Source: a virus. From it: a DNA stretch of 45,141 nucleotides. Location of the stretch: the IMG/VR virus record IMGVR_UViG_3300028831_000169, positions 1-45,141 of that record; one strand, written 5' to 3'. A program made the translations under genes and the position numbers. Within the stretch, counting starts at the first letter, position 1. Every line of letters begins with the position of its first letter. Shown here one piece after another: positions 1 to 6,787 of this stretch. A model generated the notes under the pieces. It ran no database searches. It worked only from the letters and a program-made list of their open reading frames with translations, and was not told the origin of the DNA.

Positions 1-100
1 CACGCAGCCCGCGCAGCCCACGCATCCCGCGCAGCCCGCGCAGCCCACGCATCCCACGCATCCCACGCATCCCACGCAGCCCACGCAGCCCACGCAGCCC
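1..100. repeat. Terminal direct overlap: bases 1-100 are identical to 45042-45141
   Basis: Unit-by-unit comparison of the 9-mers at both ends. The overlap lies wholly inside the tandem array. It therefore suggests a circular or terminally redundant assembly but cannot fix the copy number. Confidence 0.85.
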
Positions 101-644
101 GCGCAGCCCGCGCAGCCCGCGCAGCCCGCGCAGCCCGCGCATCCGGGTACTCCTCAAGTTTCCAATCTAGTCCCCGATTTTTAAGAGCAATTTCGAGCGA
201 TTCAGTGACTTTGTTTATGTCTCTGAGTGGACGGCCTAGTGCTTCCCGCCACAAAATTTGCTCACGCGCCATTTCGTTTTCAAAGCCCTTGAACACCTTT
301 GAAAAGCGTTCGATTACGGAGTTGATTTCATCAGTTGTAGCGAATCGTTCAATAGTGAGCTTGGAAGATCGCCATTTGTTCCCACGTTGGATTTTGTCGC
401 GTGAAGGATGAACGGCTAGAACCGCTGATGGTCGGCCAGTCGGCCACATTCCAACGATCTTGAACCCTGTCTCGATTGAATCGACGAAGTTCCAACCAGG
501 CGCGCACTCTTGATCGCCTTTGTCTAGGGTTACGCCGTTAAGCTTGAAGGGGAAAGTTTTGCCGTCCCATATCGGTTCCCCGCCTTGGATTGGGGATCGG
601 AAGTCGTGAGTGAGCAGCTTCCAGAATTGTTGTTTAGGGTTCAT
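1..644 (-). CDS. Tripeptide-repeat protein, N-terminal part. The ORF is open to the window edge and is absent from the supplied ORF track.
   Basis: ATG at 644..642 ([29 protein letters not shown]...[13 protein letters not shown]). I checked every codon of this frame down to base 3 and found no stop. From base 146 downward the frame reads [48 protein letters not shown]. Confidence 0.75.
   Translation of the reverse strand, partial: MNPKQQFWKLLTHDFRSPIQGGEPIWDGKTFPFKLNGVTLDKGDQECAPGWNFVDSIETGFKIVGMWPTGRPSAVLAVHPSRDKIQRGNKWRSSKLTIERFATTDEINSVIERFSKVFKGFENEMAREQILWREALGRPLRDINKVTESLEIALKNRGLDWKLEEYPDARAARAARAARAARAAWAAWAAWDAWDAWDAWAARAARDAWAARAA
2..145. repeat. 9-bp tandem array NCGCAKCCC (N=A/G, K=G/T), 16 units
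   Basis: Direct reading. The units are perfectly phased, and the last unit (137-145) ends in G instead of C. Confidence 0.95.
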
Positions 645-697
645 TTTTTGGGTTTAGGTCGTGGCTGTTGGGTGGTGGTTTACGTGGACTGCGAGGC

Positions 698-937
698 TTA
701 GAGTAATCCTTTGGCGTCCAGTTCTTTGAGGTTGTTTAGCAATTCGGTAAACGCATCAACTTGGTATTTCACGCCGCTTATTACGCTTTGCCAATCTTTG
801 CGCTCAACGTCGCTACGGATCAAATCCATATCACGTTTTGCTTGCTCGGTAACTTGTCCGATTGGCGTATTTTCGTACCGCCAACTTCGCCCGATATGTC
901 CTGCTATTAGATACTCGCTGTCTTGCTGTGTTTTCAT
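698..937 (-). CDS. Hypothetical early protein (79 aa)
   Basis: Track ORF in the co-oriented leftward gene string. No domain recognised. Confidence 0.6.
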   Translation of the reverse strand: MKTQQDSEYLIAGHIGRSWRYENTPIGQVTEQAKRDMDLIRSDVERKDWQSVISGVKYQVDAFTELLNNLKELDAKGLL

Positions 938-958
938 GTTGTATCTCTTTCTTTGTTG

Positions 959-1009
959 GGGTTGTCTGTCTCTAAGGTTTCAATTCAGTCTGTGGATGTG
1001 CTGCTGCGC
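959..1009 (-). promoter_or_regulatory. Recurrent motif, partial copy E (GCGCAGCAGC...ACAGAC...GAGACAGACAACC)
   Basis: Intergenic between 1015 and 937. Shares GCGCAGCAGC with copy B and GAGACAGACAACC with copy D. Confidence 0.35.
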
Positions 1010-1014
1010 ATAAA

Positions 1015-1428
1015 TCATCCGTCTGTAAGTCTTTGAAGTAGAGCTTGTTCATTCATAGCTCTTTCTTCTTCTTGTCGCTCGTTTTCTATTCTGTCTCTTT
1101 CTCTTAGCCAGTCGCAGTAGGATTCTTCCGAGTCCTTTGGTATGTTTTCTTGTGAATCCAGAGACGCAGGAGCTTTTCCAGCCGTGGACTGCGAGGCAAT
1201 ACTTCTGTCGTATTTCGGGTCTCCCTTTCCACACTCACGGCAGCGTGCGCGTTGGCCTCCGTAACTTCTTCCATCGTGGCCGCACTCAAGTTTGACATGA
1301 TCGAAGTCGAACAGATTAGTTGCGTGCGAGTAATAGCCTACAATCTTTCGGAGTGGCCCTTTATGTTTTCCCGTGCGACCTCCGATTGAATGTCCGGTAC
1401 GGTGACAACGTTCAGTAATCCAGCCCAT
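1015..1428 (-). CDS. Hypothetical Cys/His-rich protein (137 aa)
   Basis: Track ORF. Cys/His pairs (CH..GH, ECGHDG, CRECG) suggest Zn binding. No family recognised. Confidence 0.6.
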   Translation of the reverse strand: MGWITERCHRTGHSIGGRTGKHKGPLRKIVGYYSHATNLFDFDHVKLECGHDGRSYGGQRARCRECGKGDPKYDRSIASQSTAGKAPASLDSQENIPKDSEESYCDWLRERDRIENERQEEERAMNEQALLQRLTDG

Positions 1429-1633
1429 ATGCCTGTCCTTTCCGTGTTGATTGGTCTGTAGTGTGCGCTACTGCATCAGAATAAGGAAGTTGTTCGGCGT
1501 TCGCCGGAAACCCTGATTGCGTGGAGTCATGGTGATCCTTGGGGACAGGCAGCAAGTAGTCTGATCCGTCGTCTTTGGTTGCCTCAAACAATGCTCTACG
1601 CCTAAACATCTCAGGATCGATGTAATGTTTCAT
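1412..1633 (-). CDS. Hypothetical protein (73 aa)
   Basis: Track ORF. Its start overlaps the upstream gene's stop (ATGA at 1630-1633). Confidence 0.55.
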   Translation of the reverse strand: MKHYIDPEMFRRRALFEATKDDGSDYLLPVPKDHHDSTQSGFPANAEQLPYSDAVAHTTDQSTRKGQAYGLDY

Positions 1634-1962
1634 TTGTTGACTCCTTCCAATATTTTGAGTGCGGATTGAGCGGCCTTTAAATGGGCTAAACTAATCCCGT
1701 TGGTTTCACGTTTATTGTTGCTCGGCTTCCACAGCCAAACATGATCATCAGGAATCGTACTTACGCCGAACGCTTCTGAACAAGCTATGGCAAAAGGACT
1801 CAGAGCTTCAGCTAATTTGTCGGCTTGTATCGTTTTACGTCTTAGAAGCTCGTTGAGTTTTTCAGCGTGTGCTTTCCAAAACTTGGCGTCATATCCTTCG
1901 CCTGTCTCGTTGCGTGGCAAAGGTTTATTGGTGTCCACGCTTGCAGAATTAGTTGTGTCCAT
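1630..1962 (-). CDS. Hypothetical protein (110 aa from ATG 1962; the track start at 1974 is TTG)
   Basis: ATG 1962 (MDTTNSASV...) is preceded by GAGG. Motif copy F lies inside its 5' end. Confidence 0.55.
   Translation of the reverse strand: MDTTNSASVDTNKPLPRNETGEGYDAKFWKAHAEKLNELLRRKTIQADKLAEALSPFAIACSEAFGVSTIPDDHVWLWKPSNNKRETNGISLAHLKAAQSALKILEGVNK
1898..1937 (-). promoter_or_regulatory. Recurrent motif, partial copy F (GACACCAATAAACC...CAACGAGACAGGCGA)
   Basis: Close match to copy B (GACACCAATAGACC...CAACGAGACAGGCTA). Lies inside the predicted CDS 1630..1962. Confidence 0.3.
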
Positions 1963-2089
1963 ATTTAGCCTCAAATTGTACTCTAGTTAGTCCTCCGTGA
2001 GTATATTTGTAAGAAGGGAAGAGGTAATTGCGGCTGTCAACGGTGCAGCCGGTCGTGATTAAGGTGAGCAACGCCAAGATGGTTTTCAT
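1949..2089 (-). CDS. Small putative lipoprotein (46 aa), not in track
   Basis: MKTILALLTLITTGC... The ATG overlaps the upstream stop (ATGA at 2086-2089). Signal-like N-terminus with Cys15; the lipobox is non-canonical. Confidence 0.35.
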   Translation of the reverse strand: MKTILALLTLITTGCTVDSRNYLFPSYKYTHGGLTRVQFEAKYGHN

Positions 2090-2268
2090 TGGTTCTCCTC
2101 CCAATCTGCGAGAGCCGCCTTGGCTTCGTCTCCTATGCGGTGATAGTTAAGCCTCAACGCTTCTGCCAGTTTTTCGGCGTGCGGGTATGCGTTGACAGCT
2201 TTGACGATTAGCTCGGCGTTGGCTTTATCTTCATCTTCGGTCGTGACTGCTAGTTGGTTGTGTCTCAT
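2086..2268 (-). CDS. Hypothetical protein (60 aa)
   Basis: Track ORF in the leftward string. Confidence 0.5.
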   Translation of the reverse strand: MRHNQLAVTTEDEDKANAELIVKAVNAYPHAEKLAEALRLNYHRIGDEAKAALADWEENQ

Positions 2269-2294
2269 GCAGGCAATTTGACACTAGCTTGACG

Positions 2295-2516
2295 CTAAGC
2301 GCAAGAACTTTCTTCAACTATTTTTTGTGACATTTGTTTGTTAGACCGCGAATTGGCCTCAGAAATGCTGCTTGCCGATAAGCGATGCGATTTACTGATC
2401 GGAGAAGCGATATAACCTAAACGTGCAATTTCCTTGCGCCTATGCTCCGAAAGCTTAGCTGCACGCGCTCTGCCGCCCTTGCGTCCGGCCTCTGATACCG
2501 TCATTGCCTTCCTCAT
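2295..2516 (-). CDS. Small basic protein with a KGG-like motif (GRKGGRARAAKLSEHRRKEIARLG)
   Basis: Track ORF. First gene of the leftward arm, next to the divergent control region. Confidence 0.5.
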   Translation of the reverse strand: MRKAMTVSEAGRKGGRARAAKLSEHRRKEIARLGYIASPISKSHRLSASSISEANSRSNKQMSQKIVEESSCA

Positions 2517-2552
2517 TAATGGACACGCTAAACGCCAAGCGCAATCACGTCA

Positions 2553-2589
2553 AGTGTGGCGTCGCAGTGTGCGTTTTCAATTCAGTGTG
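2553..2589. promoter_or_regulatory. Three direct (C)AGTGTG repeats in the divergent control region 2517-2660
   Basis: AGTGTG at 2553, 2566 and 2584, between the first leftward gene and the first rightward gene. Confidence 0.3.
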
Positions 2590-2660
2590 TGGCCGCATCA
2601 TGGCATGAAACAGAAGAATTTGTGTTGCTTTAGTGGTTCCTAAAGTTTATCAAGTTTTCC

Positions 2661-3185
2661 GTGGCGTATAATAGAGCTACCGGCAATCAGATAAAGGAAC
2701 CGCAACGGACGAAGATAGTAGAATCACTGGCAGCTGGTATATCGACGCGGACAATTGCCAAACGCTACAAGATTGGACTGGCAACAATCGGAGCGATAAG
2801 GCAAGCCGAATGGAACCGGGTAGAATCGCGTAAATCAGTCTTGGCAGCGCAGGCCGAGCACGGCGCGACGTTGGCCGCAGACCTTATCAACGCGAAGCTT
2901 GAGCAGTCCAACGTCAACGACATCCCCCTGAACAATCTAGTGCCAATCTACGGCGTTTATGTGGATAAACTGACGCTCTTAAGAGGCGATCCAAGCTTAA
3001 CCATCCGCCACGAGCACACCCACAGCCACCAGGTAGAACTCATCAACACCCTAAATGCCGCCATAGACAGAGCCGAGAAACGTGCCAATGCGCAGCCTGT
3101 CTCCAACGGCTTGCAAGCTTCCTCGGATGCCGCCTTCAGGCAAACAGAAGTCTTATTGCTCCAAGATCAACCAGACATCACTTGA
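2661..3185 (+). CDS. HTH protein, possible small terminase subunit (174 aa, GTG start)
   Basis: N-terminal HTH-like segment (LAAGISTRTIAKRYKIGLATIGAI). First gene of the rightward arm, upstream of TerL. The function is positional inference. Confidence 0.4.
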   Translation: MAYNRATGNQIKEPQRTKIVESLAAGISTRTIAKRYKIGLATIGAIRQAEWNRVESRKSVLAAQAEHGATLAADLINAKLEQSNVNDIPLNNLVPIYGVYVDKLTLLRGDPSLTIRHEHTHSHQVELINTLNAAIDRAEKRANAQPVSNGLQASSDAAFRQTEVLLLQDQPDIT

Positions 3186-3347
3186 TAAACTCTTCTGTAC
3201 TGTCTGGGAATTTCATCCGTACACCCAAACACAGACAGAGTAAAAGGATGATCGGGATTAACCTGCAAGAGTCGAGCCTTAGCCGCGATAGAGAGAGCCA
3301 ATGTTGTGTAAGTCGTTGGTAATCAGTGGTCAATAGCGTTACACTAT

Positions 3348-3363
3348 CTGTTCACCTGAACAG
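3348..3363. promoter_or_regulatory. Perfect palindrome CTGTTCA-CC-TGAACAG
   Basis: Read directly. Lies in the 400-bp non-coding gap 3186-3585. Confidence 0.4.
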
Positions 3364-3447
3364 TCGAAGGTCTAACGAGTCATAAGTGGTTCAGTATCAA
3401 CGCTGTTAATACTACCGTGTACAGTCTGATGTTATCGATTAGACCCT

Positions 3448-3494
3448 GGGGGGGGGAGGGGATGGGCGCAGGTGCGGTTGCGGGAAGGGGCGGG
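3448..3494 (+). other. G-run tract with G-quadruplex potential (G9 A G4 AT G3 ... G3 AA G4 C G3)
   Basis: Read directly. The only overlapping ORF is a spurious antisense poly-Pro ORF. Confidence 0.5.
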
Positions 3495-3541
3495 ACTCTT
3501 TCGGTGAGAAGAAACTATGTAGATAAAAAGATTTGATATTT

Positions 3542-3584
3542 GGTAATAACGGTGTTAACGATGGTAATAACGCGGTAATAACGG
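3542..3584 (+). repeat. Three direct GGTAATAACG(G/C) repeats immediately upstream of ATG 3586
   Basis: Copies at 3542-3552, 3563-3573 and 3574-3584. Confidence 0.8.
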
Positions 3585-3585
3585 T

Positions 3586-4062
3586 ATGGATAGGACGAAC
3601 GCGCAGAGACAGAAACGATGGCGGGACAAGCATCGAGCGTTATTCAATTTGCGGCGACGGAATTTGAGGAAGAAGAATTTGAGCGGCGGCGTGGAAAGCA
3701 GACACGCAGTCCAGCCGAGCATCGGAAAGGAGGTTAATCGCGGCGTGCACCCTGCGACTGACCAAGCATCCGGGGTATTGACAGATGAGCCAATAGTAAG
3801 ATCAGAGTCGGTTGGGATACGGAGTGGGACAGATAGCGGGAGTAGCGACCCGCCCGCTCAACCTTTCGAGACAAAGAAGGTAGGAGAGTTCAGGATGGTA
3901 ATGCTACCGGAATCGACCAAATCGGTAGTAGTCGATAGCAAGCCTTCAATCTTCCGCGACGATTACGGTCGGGTGATAACCGAGCGTACGTGGAACATCT
4001 TGCAAGAAAAGAAGCGCAAGGCAGAAAAGGGCGGCTACTTTTTGGATGACTATTCGCAATGA
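3586..4062 (+). CDS. Hypothetical protein with a basic N-terminus (158 aa)
   Basis: Track ORF. Its stop overlaps the next start (ATGA). Confidence 0.6.
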   Translation: MDRTNAQRQKRWRDKHRALFNLRRRNLRKKNLSGGVESRHAVQPSIGKEVNRGVHPATDQASGVLTDEPIVRSESVGIRSGTDSGSSDPPAQPFETKKVGEFRMVMLPESTKSVVVDSKPSIFRDDYGRVITERTWNILQEKKRKAEKGGYFLDDYSQ

Positions 4063-4463
4063 ATAAGCTCGAACAAATGTTTCCCCGTGGCTCCAAATCA
4101 TTTTTTGAAGCTAACGATTTTCCTGTGAAAGAGCGAGCAATCATTAGGAGATTCAGGCGGATGAATAAGACGGAAGAATCGTTTACGGTGATATTGGAGG
4201 CGTGGAAGAAGAAGGATGAGATTAGCCGCTACGTTTATGAAGGGATTACGCTTCGATGGAACGGGGTCAAATACACGCCGGATTTCATTACGTTTCCGGG
4301 GATGAACGGTGGGGACATTCGGTTGATTGAGTGTAAGGGGGCGTTTTTCAAGGGGAAATTTGAGCGGGCGGTTGAGAGGTTTCGACATGCCCGAACGTTT
4401 TGGCCGGAGTTTATGTTTGAGCTTTGGCAAAAGAAACAAGGTCAATGGCGGCGACTCGAATGA
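4059..4463 (+). CDS. PD-(D/E)xK-fold nuclease (DUF1064/VRR-NUC-like)
   Basis: Motif order E(TEES)...YTPDF...LIECKG is typical of the restriction-endonuclease fold. Confidence 0.55.
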   Translation: MNKLEQMFPRGSKSFFEANDFPVKERAIIRRFRRMNKTEESFTVILEAWKKKDEISRYVYEGITLRWNGVKYTPDFITFPGMNGGDIRLIECKGAFFKGKFERAVERFRHARTFWPEFMFELWQKKQGQWRRLE

Positions 4464-4669
4464 TTCGAGACGAGTTTACAAATATTCTTTCGCGCGAGCG
4501 CCGTTATCAACTGAGGCATCAGAGGGATGGGCTTTGTCATTTGTGTTCGAGAAAGAAGGTAACGGCGTTCCATTGTTTGGAGCACGCTATAAACGTGCGT
4601 GAAGCGCAACGCACCAGAAACAAACATAAGCGTCGAAACGTAGGCGCTCTGACCTACCGTATCGCATGA
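4460..4669 (+). CDS. Hypothetical basic protein (69 aa from ATG 4460)
   Basis: ATGA overlap with the upstream stop. Its own stop overlaps the TerL start. Confidence 0.5.
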   Translation: MIRDEFTNILSRERRYQLRHQRDGLCHLCSRKKVTAFHCLEHAINVREAQRTRNKHKRRNVGALTYRIA

Positions 4670-6351
4670 ACGTCCAAGACATCACGGGGTTAGAGGAGCA
4701 CCCGGTTCTTCGTCAGATTCCCGATATTTTGCAGGGGGAAGAACGCGAAGCCGCGATCAACGTTCGTAAACAGATTTTAATAAACGAAGTACTCGATCCA
4801 CTCAGGAACGGGTTTGAGTTAGACATCTGGAAACTGGCTGACGATTGGCGCTCTAAGAAACGACTTCAATATCCTAAAGGGGTAATTTGGGAGATTGACC
4901 TTGGTGGAAATCGCAGCGGCAAAACAATGCGCGCGTCAAAAAGGGTAGTGGAAGATTGCGTTGCTAACCCCGGCCATATTTGGTGGTGTTGCGACGCTAC
5001 TGAGACACAGAGCAGGGCGAATCAACAGCGGTATATTTTCAAGCATCTGCCCTACGAATGGAAGCCTGGTGAGACAGGGAGACTGACAAAAAAGAATAGC
5101 CGGGTAACAAAGGTGACATACTCGGTGGCCGGAGGATTTACTGAGAACAACCTGATTCTTCCGAATGGGAGCGAGATTCACTTTAAGTTCTACGAAATGA
5201 ATGTGGCGAACCTGCCCGGTGTAGAGTTGGATGGGATTTGGGCAGATGAGTTGATACCGTTGCCATGGATTGAGACTCTCGTTTATCGCCTAACGAATCG
5301 TAACGGCATCTTTAATATCACCTTCACACCCGAACAAGGATACACCCCTACGGTTGCAAAGTTTCTTGATGGCGCGACAACATTGCAATGGGCTGACGCT
5401 AAACTGTGTCCACATTTTAATGAGGCCGGAGATTTATGCGGCTACGAACGAATCCCAAAAGTTCAACAACCTCTCGACGATAAAGCCATCGTGATCTACT
5501 TCTACAATGAAGATAATCCCTTCGGGAACTACGAGGGACTCAAAATGGATTTGAAGGGTAAGAGTAAAGCGGAAGTGTTGATGCGCGCATATGGAATAGT
5601 GAGCAAAGCCGCGCACGCGCAGTTCCCTTCGTTCAGTGAGGAGATACACGTAGTTGATCCTGATAAGATTCCCAAACAAGGCACGAACTTTCATGTAGTC
5701 GATCCTGCTGATGGCCGGAATTGGTTTATGATATGGGTGCGGATAGATGAGAAAGGTAGATGGTGGATTTACAGGGAATGGCCGTCACATGGACATTTAG
5801 GCGCGTATGTACCGGGGATAGGCGATCCGGGGCCTTGGGCGATACATGGGGCAGCGGCAGACGGCGAACGTGGCCCGGCGCAAAGTCCGTTCGGGTTTGG
5901 ACTGGACAGATACAAAAATGAAATCGAACGACTTGAAAAAGAAGGGGGCGACGAAACGGTTGAGCGTTGGATGGATTCGCGCTACGGAGCTTCCCCTACA
6001 ACTATTGAAGAAGGCACAACTACGCTTATCGAAAAAATGTCGGAAATCGGCATGGATTTTCTTGCGGCAAGCGGGAAGATGATTTCTGAGGGAGTAGATT
6101 TGATTGCAGATAAACTCGATTACGACAGAGACGTAAAGATTGGCGAATTTTCAGCTAGACTTGCGCGCCTCAATGAGCCACGTCTTTACGTATCGCGTAA
6201 TTGTCCCAACATGATTTTCGCTTTCAAGAATTGGACAGGCAAAGACAAGAACCACGGCGCGTGCAAGGATGGAATCGACTGCGCGAGATACGCGGTTCTG
6301 GCGGGAATAGACTACATTGGCGAGGACTCCTACACATGGAAACGATTTTGA
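4666..6351 (+). CDS. terL: Terminase large subunit
   Basis: Walker A GGNRSGKT and Walker B LDGIWADE. C-terminal RNaseH-like nuclease segment (FHVVDPADGRNWFMIWV). 561 aa. Confidence 0.9.
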   Translation: MNVQDITGLEEHPVLRQIPDILQGEEREAAINVRKQILINEVLDPLRNGFELDIWKLADDWRSKKRLQYPKGVIWEIDLGGNRSGKTMRASKRVVEDCVANPGHIWWCCDATETQSRANQQRYIFKHLPYEWKPGETGRLTKKNSRVTKVTYSVAGGFTENNLILPNGSEIHFKFYEMNVANLPGVELDGIWADELIPLPWIETLVYRLTNRNGIFNITFTPEQGYTPTVAKFLDGATTLQWADAKLCPHFNEAGDLCGYERIPKVQQPLDDKAIVIYFYNEDNPFGNYEGLKMDLKGKSKAEVLMRAYGIVSKAAHAQFPSFSEEIHVVDPDKIPKQGTNFHVVDPADGRNWFMIWVRIDEKGRWWIYREWPSHGHLGAYVPGIGDPGPWAIHGAAADGERGPAQSPFGFGLDRYKNEIERLEKEGGDETVERWMDSRYGASPTTIEEGTTTLIEKMSEIGMDFLAASGKMISEGVDLIADKLDYDRDVKIGEFSARLARLNEPRLYVSRNCPNMIFAFKNWTGKDKNHGACKDGIDCARYAVLAGIDYIGEDSYTWKRF

Positions 6352-6512
6352 AAAAACGGAAGCCTAGAAAGACGCAAATGCAAAAACTAGAAGAATACAT
6401 CGACAAAGCTCTTGTGCTGCCTGATAGAAGAATACAATGGCCTGACGATTTATTCTTAGCTGATGTTCGTAATACACCGTTTTTCCCTAGCGTGAATAAG
6501 CCAAAGGTTTAA
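6336..6512 (+). CDS. Possible small protein (58 aa)
   Basis: Internal ATG of track ORF 6201..6512, overlapping the TerL end. Weak support. Confidence 0.3.
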   Translation: METILKKRKPRKTQMQKLEEYIDKALVLPDRRIQWPDDLFLADVRNTPFFPSVNKPKV

Positions 6513-6519
6513 TAATTGT

Positions 6520-6786
6520 TTGAACTTGCGCTTGTTCAGCGGATACGCTACAAAGCGAAACCAAATGGGCGGAAACACTTCTCAACAAAAGAACATGACC
6601 CCGCAGTTGCAGCCGGTTAATCCATTCCTGAACCAGCCGCCACCGCCAGTCCAGATTCAACAGCCTAACGTGATGTCGCAACGAGGCGATCTAAACAGGG
6701 ACATTGAATCTTCATTTTACGGTGGTGTAGCACCGACTCCCACCCCTACTACTAGACCGTGGTGGGCGTCTTTGTTAGGCCAATAA
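6520..6786 (+). CDS. Hypothetical Gln/Pro-rich protein (88 aa; start uncertain)
   Basis: Track ORF directly upstream of the portal gene. Confidence 0.45.
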   Translation: MNLRLFSGYATKRNQMGGNTSQQKNMTPQLQPVNPFLNQPPPPVQIQQPNVMSQRGDLNRDIESSFYGGVAPTPTPTTRPWWASLLGQ

Positions 6787-6787
6787 C

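Noticed and set aside
1-145. The 9-bp arrays at both ends as a CRISPR array or as true packaging-derived terminal repeats
   Set aside because: There are no spacers, because the units are contiguous. The 100-nt end identity lies entirely within a 90-bp higher-order repeat, so it could equally be an assembler break inside the array. Only circular or contiguous topology is inferred, and cautiously.
3439-3633. Minus-strand 64-aa ORF ending in PPPPRV
   Set aside because: It is the antisense reading of the G-rich tract and the GGTAATAACG repeats in a non-coding gap. It has no RBS and an implausible composition.
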